A stretch of DNA of 64,000 bases, taken from assembly GCA_963737635.1 (NCBI GenBank), contig CAVTTL010000001.1, positions 544,001-608,000 on the forward strand. The letters run 5' to 3'. Made by a program: the position numbers and the translations under genes. Positions within the stretch are counted from its first letter, which is position 1, and each line of letters starts with the position of its first letter. Below the pieces are notes generated by a model. It was not told the origin of the DNA. It was given only the letters and a program-made list of their open reading frames with translations, and searched no databases. Positions 35,057-46,442 of this stretch are shown here, one piece after another. This stretch comes from an uncultured Methanoregulaceae archaeon. GTDB lineage: Archaea; Halobacteriota; Methanomicrobia; Methanomicrobiales; Methanospirillaceae.

Positions 35057-36670
35057 TTAGATCTTCTTTGATGATATTCTGGCAAACGTCGCGGAGAAGA
35101 TGCCTGGCATCGAGCGGATCTCTTTTATTACATCTATAGGTACTTCGCTGTCCACGTTAAGAACCATGAGCGCCTCTTCTCCAGGATTGATCCGGCCGAC
35201 CTGCATACCGGCAATATTGATGTTGCACTTCCCAAGAATCGTGGACGCCCTGCCGATTACGCCCGGCTTGTCGAGGTGCCGGGAGACAATGACATATCCC
35301 TCCGGGATCAGATCCATTGTATACCGGTCCACTGATACGATCCTGCTGCGACCCTTCACAAAAACCGTCCCACAGACCGTCTCTTCAGTCTTGTCAGTTT
35401 TTACCCGGATGGTGATGAGGTTTTTAAATCCGTGAGCCTCTTCAGTCACGGTCTCGCTCATAGAGATACCGCGCTCCTTTGCGACAAACTCAGCGTTAAC
35501 GATATTGACCGGTGTCTGGAGGATCGGGTCAAGCAGTCCCTTCAATACGAGCCTCGTCACAAACTTCATGCTTCCGGCATAAGCGGAAAGCTCGCCGCCA
35601 TAGATGCACTCGACCGAAGCAAGCCGGCCTTCGACAGTCTGGATCGCAAAACGCCCCATTTTTTCGGCGAGCTCGGCAAACGGCTCAAGTATTTCGGCAT
35701 GCTCTGTTGGTACAATTGGTGCATTCACGACATACTTTGCAGAACCGCCACTGAGAACCTCAATACACTGTTTTGCCACCGAGATCGCCACATTCTTCTG
35801 CGCTTCGACGGTACTCGCACCCAGGTGAGGTGTTACAATTACGTTGTCAAGAGTAAGGAGAGGGGACTCAAGTGGCGGCTCGGCCTCAAAGACATCGAGC
35901 GCTGCCCCGGCAACTTTACCACATTTAATTGCATCACAGAGCGCGGACTCATCGATGATTCCTCCTCGGGCGCAGTTGATGATCCGCACGCCATCCTTCA
36001 TCGTCGCAATGCTCTTGGCGTTGATGACATGTTTTGTCTCCTTGATCAAGGGGGTGTGCACGGTAATTACGTCAGCGACAGTAAAAAGTTCATCAAGCGA
36101 CATGACCTTCACACCGAGCTGGGATGCCCGCTCCTTGGAGATGAACGGGTCATAGGCAACACACTTCATATCCATCGCGTTTGCCCGCTTTGCAACTTCC
36201 CGTCCGATCCGGCCAAAACCCACGATGCCCAGCGTCTTCTCGTTGAGCTCCACACCCATGAACTTCGAGCGCTTCCATTCCTTCTTTTTCAGGCTCGCAT
36301 TGGCCTGAGGGATGTTGCGTGCAAGCGAGAGCATCATCGCCATCGTGTGCTCGGTCGCTGCAAGAGTGTTTCCCTCGGGTGCATTTGCTACGATGACACC
36401 CTGACGGGTTGCCGCATCCACATCAACATTGTCTACGCCGACACCGGCACGACCGATAAACCTGAGCTTTTTCCCGGCTCCAATCACCTTTGCGGTGACC
36501 TCGGTACCGCTCCGCACAATCAGGGCATCATACTCCCCGATAATCCCGCAGAGCTCATCCTCCTTGAGATCCGTTTTGACATCTACCAAGCAGGCCTCTT
36601 TGAGGATTGCAAGCCCTTCTTCCGCCAGCGGATCGCTGACGAGTACTCTCGCGTTTGCCATAAAACCCAT
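35057..36670 (-). CDS. serA: D-3-phosphoglycerate dehydrogenase
   Basis: GRAGVGVDNVD, GFGRIG, NCARGG, TPHLGAST, C-terminal ACT domain. Confidence 0.96.
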   Translation of the reverse strand: MGFMANARVLVSDPLAEEGLAILKEACLVDVKTDLKEDELCGIIGEYDALIVRSGTEVTAKVIGAGKKLRFIGRAGVGVDNVDVDAATRQGVIVANAPEGNTLAATEHTMAMMLSLARNIPQANASLKKKEWKRSKFMGVELNEKTLGIVGFGRIGREVAKRANAMDMKCVAYDPFISKERASQLGVKVMSLDELFTVADVITVHTPLIKETKHVINAKSIATMKDGVRIINCARGGIIDESALCDAIKCGKVAGAALDVFEAEPPLESPLLTLDNVIVTPHLGASTVEAQKNVAISVAKQCIEVLSGGSAKYVVNAPIVPTEHAEILEPFAELAEKMGRFAIQTVEGRLASVECIYGGELSAYAGSMKFVTRLVLKGLLDPILQTPVNIVNAEFVAKERGISMSETVTEEAHGFKNLITIRVKTDKTEETVCGTVFVKGRSRIVSVDRYTMDLIPEGYVIVSRHLDKPGVIGRASTILGKCNINIAGMQVGRINPGEEALMVLNVDSEVPIDVIKEIRSMPGIFSATFARISSKKI

Positions 36671-36792
36671 ACAATATCTGCACAATACCTAATCAGGATT
36701 ATTCTTGGTTCCGGTAAAAGATCGCTTGAGGGAACACCGGGAGGCTTAAGGATGATCATAATTAAAAAGAGAAAGGTGAGATCATAAGTGGT

Positions 36793-39087
36793 GTGAGCAT
36801 GAAAGATGTGCCCAATATTCTATGGCTCGAAGAGATCAGAAAGGAGGATATCGCATCAGTTGGCGGTAAGGGTGCGTCCCTTGGCGAGATGGCTTCGATT
36901 GGTCTTCCGGTGCCCCCGGCGTTCGTTGTTACTGCCCAGGCGTTCCGGAGATTTCTTGTCGAAACCGGCCTCGACCAGAAGATCTTCAAAGTGTCTGAAA
37001 ATATCGATGTAGAGAATAATGCGGTTCTTGAGAAAACTGCCGATACTATAAAAACGCTGGTTACAAAGGCCGAGATGCCTATGGCAATAGCGGCTGACAT
37101 TAAAGCATCGTACAAGAAGATGGCACAAAAGGACCTGATTGTTGCAGTTCGATCGAGTGCCACAGCAGAAGACCTTCCCGATGCAAGTTTTGCCGGCCAG
37201 CAGGAGACCTACCTCAATATTAAAGGTGAGGCCGCGCTTCTTTCAGCGGTCCAGAACTGCTGGGCCTCACTCTATGGGGCACGGGCGATCTACTACCGGG
37301 CAAAACAGGGATTTGAGGAACAGACGGTCAATATCGCTGTGGTGGTCCAGCAGCTGGTGCATTCGGAAAAAGCCGGGGTCATGTTCACCTCTCACCCAAT
37401 CAGCGGGGAATCGCTCACCATTATCGAAGGGTCGTGGGGGCTTGGCGAAGCTGTTGTATCCGGTTCGGTTTCACCGGATCACTACGTTTTTGACCAGCGA
37501 ACGGAGTCTATCGGGGAAAAGACAATCGCAAATAAGAAAGTCGAGATCATTCCCGACGGCTCTCATGGCACGAAACTGGTTGCAGTTGATTCGGTACGGC
37601 AGGATGTGCAGGTCCTCTCTGAAGGAGAGATTACCAAGCTGGCGATGTACGGCAAGATCGCCGAGAACCATTATGGAATACCGCAGGATGTCGAATGGGG
37701 TATTGTCGCCGGGTCGATATACATTCTCCAGTCCCGGCCAATAACTACGATAGGAAAGAAAGAGGCAAAAGGCATGTCAGGGCAGAACAAGGATGCAAAG
37801 ATTCTTTTGAAAGGTCAGGGAGCAGCCCCGGGTACAGCGACCGGGAAGGTGGTCATCATCCGGGATGTAAAGGACACAGGTACGGTAAAAGAGGGTGATA
37901 TCCTTGTCACCCGTATGACTAACCCTGATATGGTACCGGCGATGAGAAAGGTTGCCGCCATTGTAACCGATGAAGGCGGAATGACGTGTCATGCGGCCAT
38001 CGTAAGCAGGGAACTGGGCACCCCCGCTGTCGTCGGGACAAAGACTGGAACACAACAGCTGGTAAACGGTCAGCTTGTCACCGTAGATGGCGAGATGGGC
38101 GTTGTATATGAAGGTGCTGTCACATCCTTAACACAAGCCAAGGCAGGCGCAGCCGTACCGGTGGTGCAAGCCGGTAGCGCACCGATTATTACGGCAACAA
38201 GCGTGAAAGTGAACGTCTCGATTCCCGAGGCGGCAGCCAGGGCAGCTGCAACAGGCGCTGACGGCGTCGGTCTGCTCCGGATAGAGCATTTGATCCTCGG
38301 GCTCAATAAGACGCCCGGCTGGTTCATCTCAAACCACAAAGAAGAGGAGTTTGTAAAGGAGCTTTACGACGGTATAAAAATTGTTCTCGATGCATTCCCG
38401 GGAAAAACAGTCTGGGTCCGGACGCTTGATGCCCCAACCGATGAATTCCGGAACATGCAGGGTGGAGAGCATGAGCCCCACGAACACAACCCAATGCTTG
38501 GCTGGCGTGGCATTAGACGGGATCTCCAGAGCTTCGACCAGTTCAGGCTTCAGGTTGAGGCGTTTAAACGCCTCTGGAAAGCCGGTTACGAAAATCTCGG
38601 CGTCATGTTCCCAATGGTCTCCCATCCTGACCAATTCATAAAGGCAAAGGAAATGATGAGAGGCTGGGGAATCGATGTGGAGAACGTGACCCTCGGGATC
38701 ATGATCGAGATCCCGGCAAGCGCCATTATGATCGAGGACTTCTTAAAGGCCGGTATTAAGTTCGCTTCATTTGGGACAAACGATCTCATCCAATACACGA
38801 TCGCTATAGACCGGAACAACGAAAATGTCGCCGACATGTACAATCCCCAGCATCCGGCGGTTCTCACTCTTATCCACAATGCAATCCAGCAGTGCCGTGC
38901 TTATGGTGTCGAGTGCTCGATCTGCGGGCAGGCGGGATCAGATCCTAAAATGGCGATCTGGCTTGTGGAACATGGGATAACCAGTATCTCTGCAAACATC
39001 GATGCCATTGCAAAGATCAGGGAAGCGGTCGCAAAGACCGAGAAACGCATCATCCTTGAAGCTGCGAGAACCCGCGATGCTGAGTAA
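36793..39087 (+). CDS. ppsA: phosphoenolpyruvate synthase
   Basis: VGGKGASLGE, VRSSATAEDL, GGMTCHAAIVSRE, SFGTNDL. Confidence 0.97.
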   Translation: MSMKDVPNILWLEEIRKEDIASVGGKGASLGEMASIGLPVPPAFVVTAQAFRRFLVETGLDQKIFKVSENIDVENNAVLEKTADTIKTLVTKAEMPMAIAADIKASYKKMAQKDLIVAVRSSATAEDLPDASFAGQQETYLNIKGEAALLSAVQNCWASLYGARAIYYRAKQGFEEQTVNIAVVVQQLVHSEKAGVMFTSHPISGESLTIIEGSWGLGEAVVSGSVSPDHYVFDQRTESIGEKTIANKKVEIIPDGSHGTKLVAVDSVRQDVQVLSEGEITKLAMYGKIAENHYGIPQDVEWGIVAGSIYILQSRPITTIGKKEAKGMSGQNKDAKILLKGQGAAPGTATGKVVIIRDVKDTGTVKEGDILVTRMTNPDMVPAMRKVAAIVTDEGGMTCHAAIVSRELGTPAVVGTKTGTQQLVNGQLVTVDGEMGVVYEGAVTSLTQAKAGAAVPVVQAGSAPIITATSVKVNVSIPEAAARAAATGADGVGLLRIEHLILGLNKTPGWFISNHKEEEFVKELYDGIKIVLDAFPGKTVWVRTLDAPTDEFRNMQGGEHEPHEHNPMLGWRGIRRDLQSFDQFRLQVEAFKRLWKAGYENLGVMFPMVSHPDQFIKAKEMMRGWGIDVENVTLGIMIEIPASAIMIEDFLKAGIKFASFGTNDLIQYTIAIDRNNENVADMYNPQHPAVLTLIHNAIQQCRAYGVECSICGQAGSDPKMAIWLVEHGITSISANIDAIAKIREAVAKTEKRIILEAARTRDAE

Positions 39088-40174
39088 AGGGCTCACAGAA
39101 GAAGATATCTTCTCTTTTTTATCCTCTAAAAAGAAGGAGGACATCGATCACCGGTTTATCTTAAGCTCCATGTGTACGCTCCCGCACCCGGTCGCTATAA
39201 AGGCTCACTGCATGTTCATAGAGACGAACCTTGGCGACCCCGGCCTTTTTCCTGGGACGGCGTCCTTGGAACGCCTGCTCATCGAACGTTTCGGCGCGCT
39301 CCTTCACCACCGGGAAGCTGGCGGGTACGCAACCTCGGGAGGTACCGAGTCCAACATTCAGGCGCTGCGACTCACAAAGGTAATTCGGCAAACCAAGAAA
39401 CCGAACATCGTCATTCCCGAATCGGCGCATTTTTCGTTTAAGAAAGCCTGTGATATCCTCTGTCTTGAGATGCGTACAGTCAGATCAGGTCCTGATCGCA
39501 GGATGGTGGCAGACGCGGCCGCCGAACTGGTGGACAAAAATACGATCTGCATTGTTGGCGTAGCGGGGACTACCGAGTACGGAATGGTTGACCCGATTGC
39601 GGATCTTGCAAAGATAGCATGCCAGCACGACGTTTTTCTGCATGTGGATGCGGCATTTGGAGGAATGGTGATCCCGTTCCTGGAAAAACCTATACCTTTT
39701 GATTTCGCTCTGCCCGGAGTGACCACCATTGCCGTCGATCCGCATAAAATGGGCATGAGTACGATTCCAGCCGGCATCCTCCTCACCCGGGAAACCGACA
39801 TGCTCGATGCACTTAATATCGATACTCCATACCTCACAGTGAAAAAGGAGTTTACTCTTGCAGGTACCCGGCCTGGGGCTCCGGTGGCAGGAGCCATTGC
39901 CGTCCTCGATTATCTCGGTAACGAGGGTATGAAGGCAGTTGTTGCAGGCTGCATGAAGAACACGAAACGCCTCATCGCGGGTATGGCGACCCTGGGCATC
40001 GAGCCGGTGGTCACCCCGGACGTCAATGTTGCGACCTTTCTCTGCAAAAATGCTCCTCCGCCCTGGAAGGTCTCGTGGACCCGGAACGGCCACCTGCGTA
40101 TTGTCTGCATGCCGCACGTGCAGCGCGACGACATAGAGGCGTTTTTGAAGGATTTTGGTGATATGAATGCTTGA
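39077..40174 (+). CDS. mfnA: L-tyrosine/L-aspartate decarboxylase
   Basis: ETNLGDPGLF, TSGGTESN, HVDAAFGG, DPHKMG. Confidence 0.93.
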   Translation: MLSKGLTEEDIFSFLSSKKKEDIDHRFILSSMCTLPHPVAIKAHCMFIETNLGDPGLFPGTASLERLLIERFGALLHHREAGGYATSGGTESNIQALRLTKVIRQTKKPNIVIPESAHFSFKKACDILCLEMRTVRSGPDRRMVADAAAELVDKNTICIVGVAGTTEYGMVDPIADLAKIACQHDVFLHVDAAFGGMVIPFLEKPIPFDFALPGVTTIAVDPHKMGMSTIPAGILLTRETDMLDALNIDTPYLTVKKEFTLAGTRPGAPVAGAIAVLDYLGNEGMKAVVAGCMKNTKRLIAGMATLGIEPVVTPDVNVATFLCKNAPPPWKVSWTRNGHLRIVCMPHVQRDDIEAFLKDFGDMNA

Positions 40175-40716
40175 CAAGCTGGTAGAATCCCTGGAGACCT
40201 GTCCAATGGTGAAGCGGGGCGAGTATAACTATTTCATCCACCCCATCACTGACGGCGTACCGCTTATTGAACCTGCTCTGCTCCGCGATGTGTGCACCGC
40301 GATGATAAAGGTGCTCGATTTAAACGGCATTGATAAAATCGTTGTCGTTGAGGCGATGGGTATCCATATCGGTGCTGTGCTCTCGGTAATGACTGATATC
40401 CCTATCACTGTCATGCGCAAGCGAGAGTAACAGCTTCCCTATGAAGTACCGGTCCATCAGAAGACCGGCTGATTCGAAGGGGGAACTCTACCTGAATGGT
40501 GTCTACAAAGGTGATCGCGTAGTAATCATTGATGATGTTGTAAGCACCGGGGGTACGATGCGGGCGCTCCTCTCCGCTCTCGAGATTGCGGGTGCTGATG
40601 TGAAGGACGTCTGTATTGCGATCCAGCGAGGAGACCCTGATATCGGAAGGCCGTTCAAGTCACTCGTGAAGATCAATGTCACTGATAGGGTGCATGTAGT
40701 TGAGCGATATATCTGA
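40167..40716 (+). CDS. hpt: hypoxanthine/guanine phosphoribosyltransferase (stop at 40428 and frameshift near 40470)
   Basis: [31 protein letters not shown]. Confidence 0.88.
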
Positions 40717-41646
40717 CCTGATCCGGACCTTGAAACTGAGCGGGGCTCGTACAGTGGCCCTCCAATTTCCCGAGGGGCTCAAACGGCAGGCGGCCGCTAT
40801 CTCCTCAGACCTGAAAACAGCAGGGTTCGATGTTATCATCAGCGGCGACCCATGCTATGGGGCCTGCGACCTTGCGCTTGACACCGTGACAGAAGGCAAG
40901 GCGGACGTGCTCGTGCATTTCGGGCACGCCCCCGTGCATGAACGCCCAGATGTCATCTTCGAACCGTGGACGGTCGATTTCGACGTATCAATTCTCGTGC
41001 AGGCCCTTCCTCTGCTCCGGGAAAAGACCGTTGGCCTCGTAACCACGGTTCAACACGCCCATCTTGTACCAAAAATGGAAGCATTTCTTACGTCACACGG
41101 TCACGAAGTACGGGTTGCCGAAGGCGCCTGCGGACACCACTCCGGGGGCAGGTGCTCGGGTGCAGTTTTGCCGCCGCAAAAGCGACCGACGCCCGTGAGA
41201 TCCTCTTTGTCGGGACCGGTGTTTTCCACCCGACTGGAATCGCCCTCTCGACAAAGGCCCGGGTGATCGCGCTTGATCCGCTCACCGGAACCGCGCAGGA
41301 AGTCAGCGCCGATTCACTCCTCCGCCGGTGATTCGCTGTCATGGAAAAAGCCCGGGGTGCCAAGCGCATCGGTATCATCCTCAGCACCAAGAACGGACAG
41401 CAGCGCCGGGCGCTCGCCGAGCGACTTGCAAAACTCGTACCCGGGGGGGTCATTATCACGATGAGAGAGGTGAATCCTGACGAACTGCTTAACCTCGGCT
41501 TTGACTGTTACGTGAACACCGCATGTCCCCGCCTTGCCTACGACGACCAAGTACGGTTTGGAAAACCTGTCCTCTCGCCACAGGAATTCGAAGTCCTCTG
41601 CGGTGTCAGGGAGTGGGACAATTACATGATCGACGAGATCGTATGA
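40700..41646 (+). CDS. dph2: diphthamide biosynthesis protein Dph2 (frameshift near 41128, in-frame TGA at 41329)
   Basis: [27 protein letters not shown]. Confidence 0.9.
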
Positions 41647-42266
41647 AGCTCAGGCATCTGGAGATGGCGCTACAGCGCTGCGCCGGGTTTGAAAGACCCC
41701 GGGCATTATGGGAACAGTACCAGACGCCAGCCCCCCTTGCAGCCCGGCTTCTTTATGATGCGTTTTTAAACGAGGATATCGAGAAAAAGGCCGTCATAGA
41801 TCTGGGTTGTGGCACCGGGATCCTTGCAATAGGCGCTGCCCTCCTTGGCGCCCGGTCGGTTAAGGCCGTTGACACCGATCCGGACGCCATCAGAATCGCA
41901 GAAAAAAATGCAGTACTGCTCGGAGTCGACGTGGCGTTTATAGCTGGAGATTTGAGTGAGACGAACGCCACAAGCGTTCTTGCACAAAAGGTTGGTCCAT
42001 GCGATACCGTGGTCATGAATCCGCCTTTTGGCGCGCAGAAGGTTCACGCCGATCGGCCATTTATTGATTGCGCTCTTGCGACTGCCCCGGTTACGTACGG
42101 CATCTTCAACGCCGGCTCTACTCCTTTTGTAGAGGCTTATATCTCAGGGACGGCACAAATTACCGGACGGGTCTGCGGCACCTTTCCTATCAAACGGTCG
42201 TTTGCCTTTCACACAAAAGATGTACAGGATATAAGAGTCGAAATCCTCAGAATTAGACATAAGTGA
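41643..42266 (+). CDS. METTL5-family RNA methyltransferase
   Basis: EQYQTP, DLGCGTG, MNPPFG. Confidence 0.88.
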   Translation: MKLRHLEMALQRCAGFERPRALWEQYQTPAPLAARLLYDAFLNEDIEKKAVIDLGCGTGILAIGAALLGARSVKAVDTDPDAIRIAEKNAVLLGVDVAFIAGDLSETNATSVLAQKVGPCDTVVMNPPFGAQKVHADRPFIDCALATAPVTYGIFNAGSTPFVEAYISGTAQITGRVCGTFPIKRSFAFHTKDVQDIRVEILRIRHK

Positions 42267-42365
42267 CTGCGTACTTGAAAGAATAAGGGAGACAGCCCTT
42301 GTACGGACGTTTAAGGCAACACCCTTATATGATGTCATTCAGAAGATATATCGGAAGATCTGATT

Positions 42366-42545
42366 ATGGATAAGACGGGAATCGCTGCACTGGTTGTCGG
42401 TATTGTACTTCTGGTAATCGGGGGTTATGCAATCATAGAGTTCCTGCCCGACGTTATCGTGGCTGTTAAAGGCTTGATCGGCATTGTGGTTCTCCTCGCC
42501 GGCTTGATGTTCATTATTTTTGGGATCCTTATCTTCAAGGAATAA
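42366..42545 (+). CDS. 59-aa two-TM membrane protein (missed by ORF track)
   Basis: MDKTGIAALVVGIVLLVIGG..LIFKE* read manually. Confidence 0.7.
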   Translation: MDKTGIAALVVGIVLLVIGGYAIIEFLPDVIVAVKGLIGIVVLLAGLMFIIFGILIFKE

Positions 42546-42619
42546 AATATCCTCAACATTTTTTCAAAAATGGATGTGGCGCCGGTTATAAGATCACAGT
42601 GGACCGGTCAAAAAGCACA

Positions 42620-43363
42620 TTACACTTTCACGACTATACACTGTGACGCTGCAGTCTCGACTACCGGTTCGGGCTTATCCGCGAAGTACTCATCCACTGC
42701 TTTCCGTACTCCTGGTGCAGTGAGATAGTCATGGGAAACTATGACACCCCCGGCACTCATCCGGGGATAGAAGAATTCAAGGCACTTTTTTGTGCTCTCA
42801 TAGGTATCAACATCAAGATTGACAAACGAAAACTGCTTATCTTTTACCGGGGCCGACGTATCGGGGAAAATCCCTTTATAAAGGAACACATTTCTCTCCT
42901 GAGCCAGATAGGCTTTCACTTCGTCATAAGATGCAGCAAACTTCCCTTCATAAAACGGCCAGACCGTATCCACATCATCCACCCGGGGTAAGCCGGCAAA
43001 GGTATCGAAGAGATGGAGGGGCCGGTCGCCCTTGGCCGAACAGATGATCTTCGCGGACCCGCCCTTGTAGACCCCAACTTCTGCAATGTCCCCCGGGACC
43101 TTTTCGGTGATTTTTGCAGCCATGTAGATGTGGTAAGCCTCGATATCTTCCAAGAGGAGGTCAGTATCAGAACGAATTTTTTTCAGCTGGGATGCGAACT
43201 GCTTGCGCTCGGCGCAGCCATAGTGGGAAAGTCGTCCCCGCCGTGCAATGTCGTGCCCCATAAAAGGCTCTAAAACTGCCAGTTTCCTGAATTTGAGCAG
43301 ATATTTACTTGGCACTATTGTATCAAAACAATAAATAAGATTTTTTTTGGGGAACAGACTCAT
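42620..43363 (-). CDS. TylF/MycF/NovP-family O-methyltransferase
   Basis: PGDIAEVGVYKGGS, FDTFAGLP, LDVDTYEST, HDY. Confidence 0.88.
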   Translation of the reverse strand: MSLFPKKNLIYCFDTIVPSKYLLKFRKLAVLEPFMGHDIARRGRLSHYGCAERKQFASQLKKIRSDTDLLLEDIEAYHIYMAAKITEKVPGDIAEVGVYKGGSAKIICSAKGDRPLHLFDTFAGLPRVDDVDTVWPFYEGKFAASYDEVKAYLAQERNVFLYKGIFPDTSAPVKDKQFSFVNLDVDTYESTKKCLEFFYPRMSAGGVIVSHDYLTAPGVRKAVDEYFADKPEPVVETAASQCIVVKV

Positions 43364-43399
43364 GACCGGTTATTTTTGTTGTGCCGGAATTTATATTGG

Positions 43400-43861
43400 T
43401 TAGATTCCCCGGCTATTATTTTTACGCCGCTGTGCCGGATCAATATCCACATCGAATTCGTCTAAAAACGGCATCATGCCGGTGATAACCGGTATGGAGC
43501 ATCCGGTTATAGGATCGCGCCGTTCGCTAAGGCCGACGATCTCAATCATAAGAAGAAATGTGTCAAGCGTGTGGGTAAAAGAAGGGTCATTTTCCTCTGT
43601 GAACTGGAGGAAACGGTTGGCCTTGACATATGGACGTTCGAACTCGGGAACCTCTTGGAACTCGTCTTCTACCTGATCAAGGGTACGAGTAGCAGCAAGA
43701 TCTTTTTCGAAAAAAAGATAAACATCGATCCCGTAATCACGGCCGATTGCATCAAGATTCCTGATCTCAACCATCCTGCCGTGCTCAACACCAATAGATG
43801 CCAATTTTTCCTGAAGGGCCACTCCACGAAGCGCGTCCCGGGTGGTCTCAGTATCAACCAT
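43400..43861 (-). CDS. hypothetical protein
   Basis: Intact acidic ORF. Confidence 0.65.
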   Translation of the reverse strand: MVDTETTRDALRGVALQEKLASIGVEHGRMVEIRNLDAIGRDYGIDVYLFFEKDLAATRTLDQVEDEFQEVPEFERPYVKANRFLQFTEENDPSFTHTLDTFLLMIEIVGLSERRDPITGCSIPVITGMMPFLDEFDVDIDPAQRRKNNSRGI

Positions 43862-44021
43862 AGGAAATGATGGGTGCAGAGAGTGGTATAAGTATTGTCT
43901 TTGCAACCAATAACTGAAGCTCTAAATTACGTTGCCCCGTCCAAAAATGACACTGCGTACATTTAATCAGAACTATGACACTGACCGATAGAGAGCAAGT
44001 CAAAATGGGATGGTTTTAGTT

Positions 44022-44681
44022 TTATCTCCGGGCACGAATATAGCCATATCCCGCTATTGACACTAAAAGTGCTGCCGGACCAGTGACCATAAAGAGCCCG
44101 GCGGACTGCGTGGGAGAGGGAGTCGCCGGTGGTGTATTGGCGGAAACCTGTGGATTGCCAGTGGTACCTCGGGATGTGGAGATGAGCGTGGCGCTAACGG
44201 TGAGACTGCTTCCGGGAACCGCTGTGCCGGCATTGTCGAGCTCAGTAGCTTGGAAAATAGTTACATTCGTCCCGACACCAAACGGAACGGTTCCGTTCAC
44301 ACCTACGACAAAAGACACATCACTGGTCGTCGGATATGAAAGAAGATAGCCATTGATAAACGCAGTGGTGCCGGATGCCGACTGTTGTGCGGCAGGAATG
44401 CCGTTCACGATGATCTGGATGCTCCAACGGGCATCCTTAAGTTCTGTCTGCATCTGAAGCGTGTGGTACCGCGAGAACGTCATGGCGCCTGACGGAATGA
44501 GCGTGATTGAACTCATTGCATTCTGCCCACTTCCGGCAGCCAGTGGGGGAATGGGAGAGAACACCTCTTTTGTCAGCACCAGCGTTGCGGCGGCAGGAGA
44601 ACCGATGAGGAGAGATACTGATGTCAGGATCAGTATAGCGGTTATTCCTCCACACATAAGGGATCTTCTGGTAAAGGTCAT
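44022..44681 (-). CDS. secreted surface protein with C-terminal sorting-like tail
   Basis: Signal peptide, Thr/Pro linker, TQSAGL plus TM helix and RARR (PGF-CTERM-like). Confidence 0.75.
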   Translation of the reverse strand: MTFTRRSLMCGGITAILILTSVSLLIGSPAAATLVLTKEVFSPIPPLAAGSGQNAMSSITLIPSGAMTFSRYHTLQMQTELKDARWSIQIIVNGIPAAQQSASGTTAFINGYLLSYPTTSDVSFVVGVNGTVPFGVGTNVTIFQATELDNAGTAVPGSSLTVSATLISTSRGTTGNPQVSANTPPATPSPTQSAGLFMVTGPAALLVSIAGYGYIRARR

Positions 44682-44903
44682 ACCTGTGCAGGAGTTTGCC
44701 CCCGTTCGTTTTTAAGATGTCGGTGTTATGAAATCAAGAGAATGAATACGAAAAGCAAATCAAAACGCCTGAACAGGTAGATCTTTTCTTTCGTCCCGAA
44801 CCGGGCTCCTGAAATAAAAGAACTGCCATGTGCCAGATCGGGCAGGATGATATGGTGTTGGATCCCACGTTAGCATTGGGATATCAGTGAGGGCTCTAAA
44901 TAT

Positions 44904-45542
44904 ATGACGGCAAAAGAAACGACAATATCTCCGGAAAAAGAGGAGATTGCGGCCACGGCGCTGCATCTTGCAGGGGCAAAAACCAAAGGAGAACTGGGGG
45001 AGATTGTTGCTCAAGAGGCAAGTTCGTATTCCCTCGCCGATCTCCAAACTATCGGGGGTCGTCTCCTGTTTGAAATAAATGTCCTGCCTGAACCCTACCG
45101 CAGCCGTGTACGCCCGTTTTTTCACGAGCAGATCTTCGGTGCGCACCACAGGCTTCTCGTGATGTACCGATCCGGCACATTCCGGAAGAACCATGAATCG
45201 ATCCGGGACCGCGAAACCTTCGAGAGGTTCTGTTCAATGATCCCGGATGGCTGCTTTACCTGGGACGAAAACGCAGAGAGGACTCCGTTTCACTACTCTC
45301 CCCGGCACCGGCTCTTTTACTATCTCATGGCTGCGTTCACGATGTTTGTGCTCGATCAGCCGGGACATCCCGCGGGGATGCCATTTCCGGGTGGTTTTGC
45401 GGTCGAAGACCGGAACGGGATCTACTATTGTCTGATCCGGGACCGGGAAAAAGAAGTGTTCTTCTCTATCTGCAATTTCTGTCCGGCCCGGCAAACAGAT
45501 GAGAATGCGCCTAGGCATAACACTCCTCTCTACCCCCGGTAA
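44904..45542 (+). CDS. DUF2115/UPF0305 methanogen protein
   Basis: GHPAGMPFPGGF and CNFCPARQ motifs. Confidence 0.85.
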   Translation: MTAKETTISPEKEEIAATALHLAGAKTKGELGEIVAQEASSYSLADLQTIGGRLLFEINVLPEPYRSRVRPFFHEQIFGAHHRLLVMYRSGTFRKNHESIRDRETFERFCSMIPDGCFTWDENAERTPFHYSPRHRLFYYLMAAFTMFVLDQPGHPAGMPFPGGFAVEDRNGIYYCLIRDREKEVFFSICNFCPARQTDENAPRHNTPLYPR

Positions 45543-45614
45543 CCGGAACGAAAATCCGGATTTGCCGGACCCGGATAGTTTCTGTGTTCATCACAAGGTT
45601 GCGAATCCGGAATC

Positions 45615-46442
45615 CTACCGGTCATCACCGGAAATCCCGGTCAGATCCTCGGCCATCTTCCAAAGCCGTTCCTGAACCGTTCGGTCGTACGAAAGTGCAG
45701 AAGACCGGATCGGACGCCGGTTGTCAAAATACCGGCCCGATACCTCGGCTATTTCCGGTGAGCGTGCGAGGTAAATCGAGGTCTGTGCTCCCTCTTCCGG
45801 CGTGATGGTGGCGATCCCGGGGGCCGCCGCATGGGACAGTTTTGTGTCCACGACACCGGGGTGAAGGCAGTTGGTAGTGACCCCGGTCCCTTCGAGATTC
45901 CGTGCGAGGGTGTAGGTGAACGTCACATCGGCAAACTTCGAGAGAGCATAGGCCTCCCAAGGATCATACCGGCGTTCCTGCGGCAGGTTATCCCAGTCGA
46001 TCCTGTCCACGTCCTCATGTGCGCTTGACGCAACGGTCACGATGCGGGCAGCAGGACTCTTCCGGAGAAGGGGCAACAAGAGGTGCGTAAGGAGGAATGG
46101 GCCAAGATAGTTAACAGCGAGGGTCATCTCGATCCCATCCTCTGTCGCATGCCGAGTTTTCTGGTAAGTTCCTGCGTCATTGATAAGAACGTCAAGTCGT
46201 GAATAGCGAGAAATAAGATCTGTCGCCATACGTCGGATTTGATCGTGCCGGGAGTAGTCAGCAATGATCAGATCGGGGCGATCTGTTCCGGCCTTTTGTG
46301 CCAGTTCCTGTTGTACCCGTTTCCCTTTTTTCTCATCGCGCCCGTGAAGGATCACTTCGGCGCCCTCGGCTGCCAGTTCCGTGGCGGTGGCTTTTCCGAT
46401 ACCGTCCGTTGACCCCGTAACAAGAATGAGTGGTTGTGTCAT
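45615..46442 (-). CDS. short-chain dehydrogenase/reductase
   Basis: TGSTDGIG, YALSK, LHPGVVDT. Confidence 0.92.
   Translation of the reverse strand: MTQPLILVTGSTDGIGKATATELAAEGAEVILHGRDEKKGKRVQQELAQKAGTDRPDLIIADYSRHDQIRRMATDLISRYSRLDVLINDAGTYQKTRHATEDGIEMTLAVNYLGPFLLTHLLLPLLRKSPAARIVTVASSAHEDVDRIDWDNLPQERRYDPWEAYALSKFADVTFTYTLARNLEGTGVTTNCLHPGVVDTKLSHAAAPGIATITPEEGAQTSIYLARSPEIAEVSGRYFDNRRPIRSSALSYDRTVQERLWKMAEDLTGISGDDR

Noticed and set aside
35432-36787. Long antisense ORFs (451 aa opposite serA; others opposite folD and cofE-like)
   Set aside because: Shadow ORFs of real genes with no protein motifs
40428-40472. Stop readthrough or programmed frameshift in hpt
   Set aside because: TAA for TAC plus a one-base insertion fits the general error pattern; no slippery site
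41329-41331. In-frame TGA in dph2 as selenocysteine or recoding
   Set aside because: Position fits Arg (CGA) rather than Cys, TGA ends many genes here, and similar errors are widespread
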